Positions 1-10,680 of a stretch of DNA of 64,000 bases are shown here, piece after piece. Positions within the stretch are counted from its first letter, which is position 1. Every line of letters starts with the position of its first letter. The position numbers and the translations under genes are program-made. The stretch is from Spirochaetia bacterium (GTDB lineage: Bacteria > Spirochaetota > Spirochaetia > UBA9216), in contig OZ223264.1 of the NCBI GenBank assembly GCA_965140585.1, forward strand, positions 832,001 through 896,000, given 5' to 3'. The notes under the pieces are model-generated. The model did not search any database, was not told where the DNA came from, and was given only the letters and a program-made list of their open reading frames with translations.

Positions 1-39
1 TAAACTATTTATTCAAATTGGTTGATTATCGGGGGATAA

Positions 40-2022
40 ATGACTATTAAAAATAAACTTTTCGCTATAGTTTTCGGTGAATTCGTGATTTTCCTTCTTG
101 CTGTCGGTTTGATTATTCTATTTATTATACCTGTTCTTGAGATTAACAGGGAAACCGAGGACCTGAGGCTTCTTGGTGAAAAGGTTCTTCTGGTGAGGGC
201 TGAGATGAACAGGCTTTTTACAGCACCGCTTGAGCAGCAGTTTGAGGAAGTTAACGACGCAAAAAGCCAGATGGATGAGGTTTTTAATATGGTCTCCAGC
301 CAGCGCAGGCTGAGCAATCTGAATGCAAAAGTAAACAGATCCATGGATGCTGTGATCCAGCTTCAGCAGCTTTTTGAGGAACGCTGGGAAAGATATATCG
401 AAATAATGCCCATTGTAATGGATGATGCGGAGCGGACCCTTTTTTCTAAGATGGTTTCGCTTAAAACCTTTTATACATCAACAATAGTTGAACGGTATGA
501 TGACTATTTTGAGATAATGGAAAGGGTTCTTGATCTTGAGAGCAGTGTTGATATATGCAATGGAGCACTTAGTTCTGCATACGAGGTCATTGATAAGCAG
601 TTTGAAGTTATCGAGACCGAGGTTGCCGGAAAAACTGTATCGGTAATCATCAGAAGTGTAATAATTTTTATTCTTATAGTTATCGGAATAATTATAGCTG
701 CTGCAATTATGGCGGGCCGGATGGCTAAAAGCGTTACCCAGCTTGAGTCGGGTGTCGCAGAACTCAGGCACGGAAACCTTCTTAGAAAATTCACTGCTGT
801 CACCAAGGATGAAATAGGGACTCTATGCAGAAACCTGAACAGTTTTTCAGGAGAACTGAGGGAGTCGATCGAAAAGATTAAGGAATCTTCCGAGAAAAAT
901 ATTGCCATGAAAGACGAGCTGATTGGTGCCGCAATAAGTTCCACAGCCTCTACCACCCAGATAGCAACAGTGATGAATGAAATTAAGGATGGAATGGGAA
1001 GCCTTGATTCTCAGGTCAAGGATTCCGGCCAGGGAATGGGAACTGTTAAGTCAAAGGTTTCTGAAGTCAGGATCATGCTTGAGGAACAGTTTGCAATGAT
1101 TGAGGAGTCAACATCAGCAGTTACACAGATGATAGCTTCGATCGACAATGTTGCCGATATTACCGGTAAAAAGAAAAATGCAACTGATGAGCTTGTAAAG
1201 ACTGCCAATATAGGCGGTGAAAAACTTAATGAAACCATAGGGATTATCCAGGAGATAACTTCCAATATCGATGAAATAAGAACAACGGTTTCCATTATTC
1301 AATCTGTAGCAGCACAGACCGGCCTTCTGGCAATGAATGCAGCAATTGAAGCGGCACATGCCGGTGAATATGGAGCAGGTTTTGCTGTTGTAGCTGAAGA
1401 AATAAGGAAGCTTTCCGATGCATCAGGACAAAGTTCCAAACGGATAAGCGCTGTTATTAAGTCGGTGATTGAGAATATAGAAAAAGCTGCTTCTGCCGGT
1501 GAGGATACAAAGGGTTCGTTTGTTGATATAAACCGTGAGGTAGTGGGAGTAGCCCGCGCACTGGATGAAATCTCCGGAAGCATGGATGAGCTTTCAATAG
1601 GCGGAAAGCAGATACTTGATGCCATGACAAGTCTTAGAAGTACCGCTTCAAATGTAGAGAACGGCGGCAGGGAAATGGAGGAAGCCTCCAGCCAGCTTGA
1701 GGTCGCCTACAGTATGGTTGAACGTGTAACCCGGGATGTTATTTCCAGGATGAGCGGAATAACACAGGGTATAAACGAAATTAAATCAAGTGTAGAGATA
1801 GTCTCTGATATCAGCTCACGCCTCAGTGATGAGGCAGATACTCTTAATTCACAGATAAGCCGTTTTAAAACTGAAGGCTGTCCTGAGGATTTTGATAACC
1901 CTGAGGAAATTACTGACGACTATTGTGATACCCCTGAGAGTGCCGGAACCTTGCCTGCTGATTCTTCAGCCGATAAGGATGCAGGTGCATCTGAACCGGA
2001 TAATTCTGAGGTTATATCATAG
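40..2022 (+). CDS. Methyl-accepting chemotaxis protein
   Basis: Two TM segments, HAMP (DEIG), signalling hairpin QTGLLAMNAAIEAAHAGEYGAGFAVVAEEIRKL. Confidence 0.95.
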   Translation: MTIKNKLFAIVFGEFVIFLLAVGLIILFIIPVLEINRETEDLRLLGEKVLLVRAEMNRLFTAPLEQQFEEVNDAKSQMDEVFNMVSSQRRLSNLNAKVNRSMDAVIQLQQLFEERWERYIEIMPIVMDDAERTLFSKMVSLKTFYTSTIVERYDDYFEIMERVLDLESSVDICNGALSSAYEVIDKQFEVIETEVAGKTVSVIIRSVIIFILIVIGIIIAAAIMAGRMAKSVTQLESGVAELRHGNLLRKFTAVTKDEIGTLCRNLNSFSGELRESIEKIKESSEKNIAMKDELIGAAISSTASTTQIATVMNEIKDGMGSLDSQVKDSGQGMGTVKSKVSEVRIMLEEQFAMIEESTSAVTQMIASIDNVADITGKKKNATDELVKTANIGGEKLNETIGIIQEITSNIDEIRTTVSIIQSVAAQTGLLAMNAAIEAAHAGEYGAGFAVVAEEIRKLSDASGQSSKRISAVIKSVIENIEKAASAGEDTKGSFVDINREVVGVARALDEISGSMDELSIGGKQILDAMTSLRSTASNVENGGREMEEASSQLEVAYSMVERVTRDVISRMSGITQGINEIKSSVEIVSDISSRLSDEADTLNSQISRFKTEGCPEDFDNPEEITDDYCDTPESAGTLPADSSADKDAGASEPDNSEVIS

Positions 2023-3158
2023 GCACCTTTATCTTTTTTTGAAAATATAAGTGCCCCGGTGATTGCTGTCAGCGGGGCAACCAAAACAAGACCGAAACTT
2101 CCCACCAGGGTATGAAGAATTTCTGCACTCACATAACTGAGGTTGAGTATGTTCATAAGCGGTGTTCCCTGAGCCATAAAGACCATGAGAAGTGCGGTGA
2201 ATCCGCCGGAATAAGCGAGCAGCAGGGTCGTCGTCATTGTTCCTATCACAGACCTTCCAACCTTGAAACCTGATTTCAGAAGTTCTCTGAAGCTTATATC
2301 GGGGCGTTTATGTTTGATCTCATGCATCGAAGCTGCAATATCCATTGCAATATCCATGACGGCACCCGAAGAAGCAATGAAGATCCCCGAAAGGAAGATG
2401 AGGTTGAGATCAAGGTAGGCGTAACCGGAATACAGCAGAGTTTCCGAAAAGGGTTTCACTGCTCCATGAACATGAAATGCGTGACCGAATATCATAGAAA
2501 AAAGCGAAGTGAACAGTATTCCGGCAATAGTTCCTGTGAAGGCTGTCAGACCCTTCTTTGAGAACCCTCCGATAAGAAAAATAATTGCGGCTGACAGAAT
2601 TAACACGGTTCCGAAGGATATAAGGACCGGATTGATACCGGAAAGAAATCCCGGTATCAGAATCTTCCATATTACAATGCCTGTGAATGTGAATGATAGA
2701 ACAGCATTGAAGCCGGTCCAACCGGCATACGCTATCAATATCAGCACAAAAAGAAGCAGAAGAATAAGTTCTACATTAATTCGGTAGTGGTCAATGATAT
2801 TTGCATAAACAAAATTATTGTTTTCATCCATGTCGATGACCATCAGAGCCTTGTCTCCGGGAGCGAACATTTTATCAAGTTCGAGTTTGCCCATAAGTAT
2901 GTTCGTCGATGATACTTCCAGGCCCCTGAATCTGCCGTTCAGAATTCTAAGTTCAACCTGCTGGTTCCCGGTTTTTACAATCCCATACTGTTCCAGCTCT
3001 GAGTTGTCAGTTGAAATAACCTCGGCCCTTGCTCTGGAAGAATTACCTGCGGTCCTTGGTTTGGGTGTTGTCGGCAGTAATATTATCACCGTAGAAAGCA
3101 GTATTATGAAGAGGCTGAAAATAATATCCCTTTTTTTGGTCTTATCCGCAAATATCAT
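1920..3158 (-). CDS. YibE/F family membrane protein
   Basis: Multi-TM; GAVMDIAMDIAASMHE and IGTMTTTLLLAYSG motifs; start moved to ATG 3158 after a CAGGAG RBS. Confidence 0.88.
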   Translation of the reverse strand: MIFADKTKKRDIIFSLFIILLSTVIILLPTTPKPRTAGNSSRARAEVISTDNSELEQYGIVKTGNQQVELRILNGRFRGLEVSSTNILMGKLELDKMFAPGDKALMVIDMDENNNFVYANIIDHYRINVELILLLLFVLILIAYAGWTGFNAVLSFTFTGIVIWKILIPGFLSGINPVLISFGTVLILSAAIIFLIGGFSKKGLTAFTGTIAGILFTSLFSMIFGHAFHVHGAVKPFSETLLYSGYAYLDLNLIFLSGIFIASSGAVMDIAMDIAASMHEIKHKRPDISFRELLKSGFKVGRSVIGTMTTTLLLAYSGGFTALLMVFMAQGTPLMNILNLSYVSAEILHTLVGSFGLVLVAPLTAITGALIFSKKDKGAYDITSELSGSDAPASLSAEESAGKVPALSGVSQ

Positions 3159-3179
3159 ATGAATCTCCTGGTAATGAAA

Positions 3180-3202
3180 CGGGAGGAGCACTGCTCCTCC
3201 CG
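3180..3202 (-). terminator. GC-rich hairpin between alkaline phosphatase and yibE/F (terminator or stabiliser)
   Basis: CGGGAGGAGCA / TGCTCCTCCCG inverted repeat; short U tract on the minus strand. Confidence 0.55.
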
Positions 3203-3243
3203 GAATAGCATGTTCTTTTTAAATTTATTTTTAGATGTTATTT

Positions 3244-4701
3244 TTACCTAGCTGACTTAAGTCCCATGATTGCAGTCAGTTTTCTGAAGATGTCTGTATT
3301 GTCATAGTAGCCGTTGAAAGCTTCTGAACCTGCGCCCTCGGCAAATGTAGCAACAGGTACTCCTGTATGCGAGTAGGATGTCCAGCCGAGACCTGCCCGC
3401 TGGTTAAGGATATGTGTAAGAGTCATTGAAAGCGGGTTATAACCGCCGTAGAGAAGGTAGGTCTGCTCATCAGATGCTTTTACTTTTACATTTCCCATAG
3501 CCTGGTCGAATGCCATTGTAAGCTGTTCTTTCTCGTAGTCTGAAAGATCTGTAAGGCCGAAGTTCTTTTCTATTTCAGGCATAAGCTCTGCAAGTGAACC
3601 TCCGTTGGCATGTGCTTCCTTATAAGGTCCGAATACATACTTGTCGAATGCTTCATAGGACATTTTCTGCTTATCAATTTCACTGAAGGCTGAAGCGTAT
3701 TTTGTGCCAGCGAAACCGAGGGCAAGTCCACCTGTCTCATGGTCGCCTGTAACGACTATCAGAGTTTCGTCGGGATGTGCATTATAAAACTTCACTGCTT
3801 CGGCGATAGCCTTATCAAACTCGATAGTGTTGTGAATTGAGGCTGCTGCATCATTTGCATGACATGCCCAGTCAATCTTTCCGCCTTCAACCATCATGAA
3901 GAAGCCTTTATCGTTGTCGAGAAGTTCAATTCCCTTTGTTACATATTCCACCAGGGAAATATCATCTGCTTCCTGATCCATTGCATAGTCAAGAGAGTTT
4001 CTTGTAAAGCTTGTTGCATAATAAGCGTAAACCTGCTTTCCGTCCTGAGTAAGGGCATTAAGCTCATCCCTTGTTGTGGTTACATTCCAGCCTCTTTCGT
4101 TCATCACGTCCAGAGCTGATTTTTCTCCTTCGGGAGTCTTATCCAGGCGGACCATACCGCCGGCAAAGTAATCAAAATTACTGTTTGCCATCTGCATGTT
4201 AATTTCGTAGTAGCTGTTTCTGCTCTGCTGTTTTGCATAGAAAGATGCCGGGGTGGCATGATCAAGGTTGACGCTTGAAAGAATACCAACCTTCATGCCG
4301 GCTTCCTTTGCATATTCCGCTATTGTCTTGAAGGTTTTTGTTTTTGTTGCATCGTAATTGATTACACCTGAAAGGGTTTTGTTGCCTGATGCAATTGCAG
4401 TTCCGGCTGATGCTGAGTCGGTTATGAAAGAACCCGCATCATAGGTTGTTGTAAGCCCCTGAGCCGGGAACTGAGTAAAGCCGAGTTTTGTTACTCCGGG
4501 GGCGGTGCCTTTCTGTGCGTTGAGGTAGGCTTCTGCTGCGTTGATTTGGGGCATTGCCATGCCGTCTCCGATAAAAAGGAAAACGTACTTTGCGTTTACA
4601 TCAGGAGCTGAAGTTTCTGCGACAGCGGTTTCCTGCTGTCCTTCAGCGAAAAGACAGAATGGAATTACTGCCAGTAAAAGAATTGATACTAATTTTTTCA
4701 T
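3244..4701 (-). CDS. Alkaline phosphatase, exported
   Basis: FIGDGM, TDSAS (catalytic Ser), HATPA, EGGKIDWACH, GDHETGG, HT motifs; signal peptide. Confidence 0.95.
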   Translation of the reverse strand: MKKLVSILLLAVIPFCLFAEGQQETAVAETSAPDVNAKYVFLFIGDGMAMPQINAAEAYLNAQKGTAPGVTKLGFTQFPAQGLTTTYDAGSFITDSASAGTAIASGNKTLSGVINYDATKTKTFKTIAEYAKEAGMKVGILSSVNLDHATPASFYAKQQSRNSYYEINMQMANSNFDYFAGGMVRLDKTPEGEKSALDVMNERGWNVTTTRDELNALTQDGKQVYAYYATSFTRNSLDYAMDQEADDISLVEYVTKGIELLDNDKGFFMMVEGGKIDWACHANDAAASIHNTIEFDKAIAEAVKFYNAHPDETLIVVTGDHETGGLALGFAGTKYASAFSEIDKQKMSYEAFDKYVFGPYKEAHANGGSLAELMPEIEKNFGLTDLSDYEKEQLTMAFDQAMGNVKVKASDEQTYLLYGGYNPLSMTLTHILNQRAGLGWTSYSHTGVPVATFAEGAGSEAFNGYYDNTDIFRKLTAIMGLKSAR

Positions 4702-4797
4702 TTCTCTCTCCAAAATATTTTTAGAATTTAGAGAGATCCTGCGCCTGTTTGATTAGGAAATTATGACGGGTTTATGAGATTTCAATTAACTCAAATC

Positions 4798-6516
4798 TTA
4801 TAAAATTACTGAGGAATGGGCCGGAACCTCTAAATCACTGTAAAAAATGGTCTTATTTGAGAGGTTTGCAAATAGAATATGTTCTTTTCCGCCCTCAGTA
4901 TAGCTGATGGTATAGGTTCCGTTATCAGATTCGACCGATTCTATTTTCTTCTTTGACTTTAGAGACTCAAACATCTTCTTTCTTATATCGCTGTATTCTG
5001 CAACATTGTCGGATGTAAAAACAAGAGCTCCGGTAACAGCGTTGATTCTGAACAGTGTTTCTTTTTCGGCTCCGCTCAGTTTGGTATTTCTGTCTCTTAA
5101 TATGAAGACGTCCGGATCGTTTCTGAAAGCCCTCCCGTCAAGATGTCTCCGGCCTATTGCATTTGCCAGTGAGTTCAATGTTGAGGGTCTCTCCCGGTGA
5201 ATCTGGCTACCTCTGAACCCGTCGTCCCAGTCAAGGCTGACATCGCAGCCGATTCTGCAGTAGTCAACTAATCCAAAGGCCGAAGCCAGAGGTACTCCGC
5301 AGCCGAGAATCAGTTTGTCACCGGTAAGTTCCCGCAATAGTTTCATGCCGTCATGCATAACCGCTCCACGGGTTCGTCCCTGAGTTTCCGGTGCAAGGCA
5401 GGCGCCGTAGAGGAAGTCAAGCTTGACCATATCAAATCCCCATTCATTCAGAACTGTATTGAAGACTTCGGCAAGGTGGTCTCTGAACGCCTGATTGTAT
5501 ATATCAAGAGCATAAAATCCGCCCCAGTTTATTCCCGCCTGAACCGGCTTTCCCTTTTCATCCCGCAGCAGCCATTGCGGGTGTTTTTTTACAAGTTCTG
5601 AATTTTTCTGGGCTGAAAACGGGGCAAGCCATAAGCCGGCTTTGTAACCGCCTTCATGAATTCGGGCTACAACCGGAGCAAGCCCTTCAGGGAATTTTGA
5701 CCTGTCAATGCTCAGCCAGTCGCCTGTTGCGGTCTGGAAGCCGTCATCTATCTGAAATATATCGATAGGAAGACCGGTATCAATAAAAGCGTCGAGATTC
5801 TGATTTATTATATCGCTGCTGATATTTTCATAGTGGTCATACCATGAAGTCCATCCTGTTATCTGCGGTGTTTTTACCGCAGGCATCTCCATTGCCGAAA
5901 ACCACTGATCGAAGGCCTTATTTTCGTCATCGGTAACACAAAGCAGTTCAAGTGCTGTTACAGGTTTGTCGGTGGCAAGGTTGTTGCATTCCATGCTCAC
6001 ACGGATTTCTTTTGCCGCAGCTGTAAAACGTATTACAGTGAAAGCGTTCTGCTCATTCAGAGAACCCAGAAGCGTTATCTCATTTGAGCCATTTTTCCTA
6101 ATATATCCGTAAGAGAAGCCGTGAAACTCGCCCGGTCCGGAAGGCTGACGGATAAAATCGTAGTCTCCGTATTTACGAAGCTGAAAGTAGGGATTAACTA
6201 TTCTTCCTAAAAGAGGAATGCCCTTCTGTCTGTCCTGAAGGCCGTGTTCTGAACTGTCGGTCCAGCTCTGGTAGCCGTTGAGGAAAACCTTTTCATCCTG
6301 ATGAAATTCGTACCCGGCAACAAGCTCAAGCCTGTGAATTTTTATTTCAGCACGGGGAATGATTGAAACTTTTACATTTTCCCGTTTTCCGTCATTTGCA
6401 TGGCTCAGATTGAAACCTACAGCCTCTGAGTTGACCGGCGCCTGGAAAGGCATTACAACCGTATGTCTAATTCCGGCAGCCGAGTATTCAGCTTCAAACA
6501 TGGCTTTTTCAAACAT
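4798..6516 (-). CDS. Alpha-galactosidase-like glycoside hydrolase (GH36)
   Basis: GWTSWY, FQIDDGFQ, GLWLAPF, KLDFLY, RIGCDV, NDPD motifs. Confidence 0.88.
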   Translation of the reverse strand: MFEKAMFEAEYSAAGIRHTVVMPFQAPVNSEAVGFNLSHANDGKRENVKVSIIPRAEIKIHRLELVAGYEFHQDEKVFLNGYQSWTDSSEHGLQDRQKGIPLLGRIVNPYFQLRKYGDYDFIRQPSGPGEFHGFSYGYIRKNGSNEITLLGSLNEQNAFTVIRFTAAAKEIRVSMECNNLATDKPVTALELLCVTDDENKAFDQWFSAMEMPAVKTPQITGWTSWYDHYENISSDIINQNLDAFIDTGLPIDIFQIDDGFQTATGDWLSIDRSKFPEGLAPVVARIHEGGYKAGLWLAPFSAQKNSELVKKHPQWLLRDEKGKPVQAGINWGGFYALDIYNQAFRDHLAEVFNTVLNEWGFDMVKLDFLYGACLAPETQGRTRGAVMHDGMKLLRELTGDKLILGCGVPLASAFGLVDYCRIGCDVSLDWDDGFRGSQIHRERPSTLNSLANAIGRRHLDGRAFRNDPDVFILRDRNTKLSGAEKETLFRINAVTGALVFTSDNVAEYSDIRKKMFESLKSKKKIESVESDNGTYTISYTEGGKEHILFANLSNKTIFYSDLEVPAHSSVIL

Positions 6517-6517
6517 T

Positions 6518-6946
6518 TTACACTTCCTTGTTCTGGTACTCTTTTATTGCGTTTCGGTATCTGTCCGGTATTACAATAGTTTCGGCCCTGTCGTAATCAT
6601 AGCCGGCGAATATTGTTGTACAATCGGATTTTATCTCGCCGGTCTGGTTTTCTTTGATTCTCTGCAGCATTGTGAGTGATTTATTGCCGATCTTGATCAC
6701 CGCAGATTCTACTATTATATCATCATGTAGGAAAACCGGTGCAAGAAAATCTGTTTTTACTGAAGCTACCACCAGGGATTTTCCTCCGGGCATATATGGT
6801 TCACCAAGCATTTCGGAAAGGTATTTTACCCTCCCGATATCATAATAATTCTGGTATACAGCGTTGTTTACATGGCCCTGGCCGTCAATATCTCCAAAGC
6901 GTATCTGAACAGGGACCTTGCATTTGAAATCGTGTTGTCTGTGCAT
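6518..6946 (-). CDS. Acyl-CoA thioesterase (4HBT/YbgC hot-dog fold)
   Basis: RFGDIDGQGHVNNAVYQNYYDIGR motif. Confidence 0.9.
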   Translation of the reverse strand: MHRQHDFKCKVPVQIRFGDIDGQGHVNNAVYQNYYDIGRVKYLSEMLGEPYMPGGKSLVVASVKTDFLAPVFLHDDIIVESAVIKIGNKSLTMLQRIKENQTGEIKSDCTTIFAGYDYDRAETIVIPDRYRNAIKEYQNKEV

Positions 6947-6973
6947 ATACTTATTATTCTAGGAATAAAAAGG

Positions 6974-7090
6974 TTGTCAAGGAGTTAAAAAAATCCATCA
7001 ATATATATAAAAGTGATAGCGATTTACTTGACAATGTAAACCCAAAGTAAATAATATAGAAAGCGAAAAGAAAGAAAATAGAAAGTGAAC
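6974..7090. promoter_or_regulatory. Divergent sigma70-type promoters with GAAA-repeat putative DeoR operator
   Basis: TTGACA at 7028 (+) with AT-rich -10 about 17 bp later; TTGACA on minus strand near 6975-6980; tandem GAAA/GAAAG repeats about 7059-7085. Confidence 0.55.
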
Positions 7091-7121
7091 ATGGTGTTTT
7101 TAGAAACCTTAAGGAGGAATT

Positions 7122-8384
7122 ATGAAAACCAAAGCTGTACGAATATACGGAAAGAACGACCTCAGACTCGAGGAGTTTGAGCTTCCGGCAATGAAAGATG
7201 ATGAAATACTCGCAACAGTAATCTCAGACAGTATCTGTATGTCTTCATACAAGGCTGCTATCCAGGGGCCTGAACATAAAAGGGTTCCCAATGATGTTGC
7301 GCAGAATCCGACAATGATCGGCCATGAATTCTGCGGAGAGATTCTTGAAGTAGGTTCAAAATGGGCTGATAAGTTCAAACCTGGCCAGAAGTTTTCAATT
7401 CAGCCGGCACTTAATTATAAGGGAAGCCTTGATGCTCCGGGTTATTCATTTCATTACATAGGCGGTGATGCGACAAATATCTTGATTCCCAACGAGGTAA
7501 TGGAGATGGACTGTCTTCTTCCTTATGAGGGAGAGGCCTACTTCATGGGATCTCTGAGCGAACCTGTTTCCTGTATTGTCGGAACCTATCACGCCATGTA
7601 CCATATTCCCCAGGGAACTTATATTCATAATATGGGTATTAAGGAAGGCGGAAACCTTGCAATTATTGCCGGTGTCGGTCCAATGGGCCTCGGTGCCATA
7701 GATTACGCCATACATAATCCGGTCAAGCCCGGACTTCTGGTTGTGACCGATATTGACGACGCAAGGCTTAAAAGAGCCTCCGAGGTTTACAGCGTTGAAG
7801 AGGCTGCCAAAAACGGCGTAAAGCTCATCTATCTGAATACAAAGGATACATCAGATCCTGTTAAGCTTCTTATGGATCAGACCGGCGGAGCAGGCTACGA
7901 CGATGTACTGGTTATGGCTCCTGTTAAGCCGCTTATTGAACAGGGAGACTCAATACTTACAAAAGACGGATGTCTGAACTTCTTTGCAGGACCTTCAAAT
8001 ACAGAGTTTAAGGCTGAACTCAATTTTTACAACGTTCACTATGAGTTCCATCACCTTGTAGGAACAAGCGGCGGAAACACAGCTGATATGCGTGAATCAC
8101 TTGAAATGATGGGCCGCGGAGAATTGAACCCCGCATCGATGATAACCCATATCGGCGGACTTGATTCCGTTGTCGAGACTACACTTAATCTGCCCAAGAT
8201 TCCCGGCGGCAAAAAACTGATTTATGTTCAGAAGAGCATGCCGCTTACAGCAATTGCCGATTTTGAAGAACTCGGCAAGTCAGACCCTGTTTTTGCCGAA
8301 CTTGATAAGCTCGTAAAGAAACATAACGGCTTGTGGAACCTTGAAGCCGAAAAATATCTTCTTGCTCACAGTACCTCAATTTAG
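7122..8384 (+). CDS. Zinc-binding dehydrogenase, L-sorbose-1-phosphate reductase (SorE)-like
   Basis: MKTKAVRIYGKNDLRLEEFELP, SDSICMSSYKA, GHE, GVGPMG; LPKIPGGKKLIY C-terminus typical of SorE. Confidence 0.85.
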   Translation: MKTKAVRIYGKNDLRLEEFELPAMKDDEILATVISDSICMSSYKAAIQGPEHKRVPNDVAQNPTMIGHEFCGEILEVGSKWADKFKPGQKFSIQPALNYKGSLDAPGYSFHYIGGDATNILIPNEVMEMDCLLPYEGEAYFMGSLSEPVSCIVGTYHAMYHIPQGTYIHNMGIKEGGNLAIIAGVGPMGLGAIDYAIHNPVKPGLLVVTDIDDARLKRASEVYSVEEAAKNGVKLIYLNTKDTSDPVKLLMDQTGGAGYDDVLVMAPVKPLIEQGDSILTKDGCLNFFAGPSNTEFKAELNFYNVHYEFHHLVGTSGGNTADMRESLEMMGRGELNPASMITHIGGLDSVVETTLNLPKIPGGKKLIYVQKSMPLTAIADFEELGKSDPVFAELDKLVKKHNGLWNLEAEKYLLAHSTSI

Positions 8385-8393
8385 CGGTAAGGC

Positions 8394-9146
8394 ATGCATA
8401 GTTTAACCGAAAGAGAAAGGCGGATAGTTGAGATCCTGTCTGAAGAGGGCAGGGTCAGCGTCTCGGAGATAAGCGAGCGGCTGAATGTTTCAACCGTGAC
8501 TGTCAGAAGCGATTTTAACAGTCTGGTTGAAAAAGGCGTGCTCGTGAAAACCCGGGGCGGGGCTGTTCCGGCAATGCACCCGGAAATCCTTGAGCGTCAG
8601 AGGGATATGACTGATGTAAAAAGAAGGATTGCAAAGGAAGCTGCTTCAATGGTTGAAGACGGCGATTCCATTATGATATGTGCAGGTACGACAACTGCGT
8701 ATATCGGGAATTATCTCTTGGGCAAAAGAGACATCAGGATAGTTACAAACTCAACCCTGCTTCTTCCGTATGCAAGGATGAACCCTTCAATAAACCTTAC
8801 CCTTGTAGGCGGAGAATTCCGTCCGATGGCTGAAGCTGTTGTGGGTCCGGAGCCAATCAGACAGCTGGATGCCTACCATGTGAAAATTGCTTTTATCGGA
8901 ACGGAAGGATTCTCATATCAAAGCGGGATGACCACCCAGCTTGTTGAGAATTCGGAAATAATTAAAAAGATGGTCAGGCAGTCGGAAAAGACGGTTCTTC
9001 TTGCTGACTCGGGAAAATACAACAAGGTGGGCTTTGTGAAAATCCTGCCGCTTGAAAGTACAGACCTGATTATTTCGGATGAGGGATTGGACCAGACGGT
9101 CAGGGCTGAAATGGAAGAAAAAGGACTGAACCTGAAGATAGTTTAA
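8394..9146 (+). CDS. DeoR/GlpR family transcriptional regulator
   Basis: HTH VSTVTVRSD..RGGA; DeoRC domain with GTTT, TNS, LADSGK. Confidence 0.93.
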   Translation: MHSLTERERRIVEILSEEGRVSVSEISERLNVSTVTVRSDFNSLVEKGVLVKTRGGAVPAMHPEILERQRDMTDVKRRIAKEAASMVEDGDSIMICAGTTTAYIGNYLLGKRDIRIVTNSTLLLPYARMNPSINLTLVGGEFRPMAEAVVGPEPIRQLDAYHVKIAFIGTEGFSYQSGMTTQLVENSEIIKKMVRQSEKTVLLADSGKYNKVGFVKILPLESTDLIISDEGLDQTVRAEMEEKGLNLKIV

Positions 9147-9262
9147 ATCGGGAACACATTCGTGTATTTTCGATTTTCAGAAGTTTGAAAGCAAGGCTTT
9201 AAAACTTCATTTTTGAACCTGCCGTCACGGCAGAATGATTGATGTATTATTAGGAGAGAAAT

Positions 9263-10660
9263 ATGGCAACAGCGTTATTGATGCCAAAGCAGGGTAACTC
9301 GGTAGAATCCTGTCTCATTCTTGAATGGATGAAGAAGGAAGGCGACCGGGTTAATGTCGGTGATGTAGTCTGCGAGGCTGAAACCGACAAGGCAACCATA
9401 GAAGTTGAATCTACTGCTGAAGGTACCATTCTAAAGATTTTTTATGGACCGGATACCGAAGTGCCTGTACAGAAAATGATGGCGGTTATCGGTGACCCCG
9501 GTGAAGATATAAGCAGCTTTGAAGCTGAGTTTGCAGCCTCAGGGGACGGTGCATCCGCACCTGCGGCAGAACCCGCTGCGGAAGCTTCCCCCGCCGAATC
9601 AGCTGCTCCGGCAGCAGCACCTGCGGCAGCCCCGGCTGCAGCTGCGGTTAATACTTCCGGCGGAGACCGCTTTGTTTCTCCAAGGGCAAGAAACCTTGCT
9701 GCAGGAAAGGGCTTTGATGCCTCGGGCCTTGCAGGAAGCGGCCCCGGCGGACGTGTAATTGAGCGCGATGTTGTAAATGCACTTGCCGGAAAGGAACCCC
9801 TTACTCCTGCAGCTGTTGCAGCAGTCATAGAGCAGGGCCTTACTGCCCCGGCAGAGGGCACAGGAATCGGCGGAAGGGTCAGACTTCAGGACCTTTCATC
9901 CGCACCCGTTGCTGCTCCGGCAGCAGGCATTACCGCTTCAGCGTCGGCAGCCCTTCCGTTCCCGGGCGCTTTCAGGGATGAAAAGGTTAAGGGTGTAAGA
10001 AAGATTACCGCCGCTAGGATGATGGAATCGCTTTCAAAGACAGCCCAGCTCACACACAATTTTACAGTAGATGCTACCGAACTTCTTGCCTACCGTGCAA
10101 AGTTCAAGAACTCTCCTGAAGAACTCGGTCTTGGAAAGGTCAGCATAAACGATATCGTAATGTTTGCCGCTTCAAGGGTTCTGAAGCTTCATCCTGAGTT
10201 CAACTGCCTCTGGCTCGGCGACACAATGAGATATTTTGACAGTGTCCATCTCGGTTTCGCATGTGATACACCGAAAGGTCTGCTTGTTCCGGTAATAAAG
10301 AATGCCGACAGCCTCAGCCTGAAGGAACTTTCAGCAGAAGCGGCAAGACTTATTGCAGCCTGCCGTGAAGGAAAGGCCCAGCCTGATGAACTTACAGGAG
10401 CCACCTTCACACTAAGCAATGTAGGCGCTTTTGGAATTGACAGCTTTACTCCGATTATTAATCCGCCGGAGATAGGAATACTTGGTGTCTGCTCAACCCA
10501 GCTTAAGCCTGTGAGAACAGCGAACGGAGTTGAGTATCGAGATCACATCGGCTTCTCACTGACCTATGATCATCAGGCTGCAGACGGTGCACCGGCATCA
10601 AAGTTCTGTGCCGATATCAGGACTGCAGTTGAGAATATCGGGATCTACCTCGCACTGTAG
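9263..10660 (+). CDS. Dihydrolipoamide acyltransferase (E2)
   Basis: Lipoyl ETDKA, Ala/Pro linker, E3-binding SPRARNLA..GSGPGGRV, catalytic DHQAADGA. Confidence 0.95.
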   Translation: MATALLMPKQGNSVESCLILEWMKKEGDRVNVGDVVCEAETDKATIEVESTAEGTILKIFYGPDTEVPVQKMMAVIGDPGEDISSFEAEFAASGDGASAPAAEPAAEASPAESAAPAAAPAAAPAAAAVNTSGGDRFVSPRARNLAAGKGFDASGLAGSGPGGRVIERDVVNALAGKEPLTPAAVAAVIEQGLTAPAEGTGIGGRVRLQDLSSAPVAAPAAGITASASAALPFPGAFRDEKVKGVRKITAARMMESLSKTAQLTHNFTVDATELLAYRAKFKNSPEELGLGKVSINDIVMFAASRVLKLHPEFNCLWLGDTMRYFDSVHLGFACDTPKGLLVPVIKNADSLSLKELSAEAARLIAACREGKAQPDELTGATFTLSNVGAFGIDSFTPIINPPEIGILGVCSTQLKPVRTANGVEYRDHIGFSLTYDHQAADGAPASKFCADIRTAVENIGIYLAL

Positions 10661-10680
10661 AAATTACTGGAGTTTGAATT

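Noticed and set aside
9540-9650. GC-rich GCx repeats
   Set aside because: Ordinary Ala/Pro linker of E2, not a DNA repeat element
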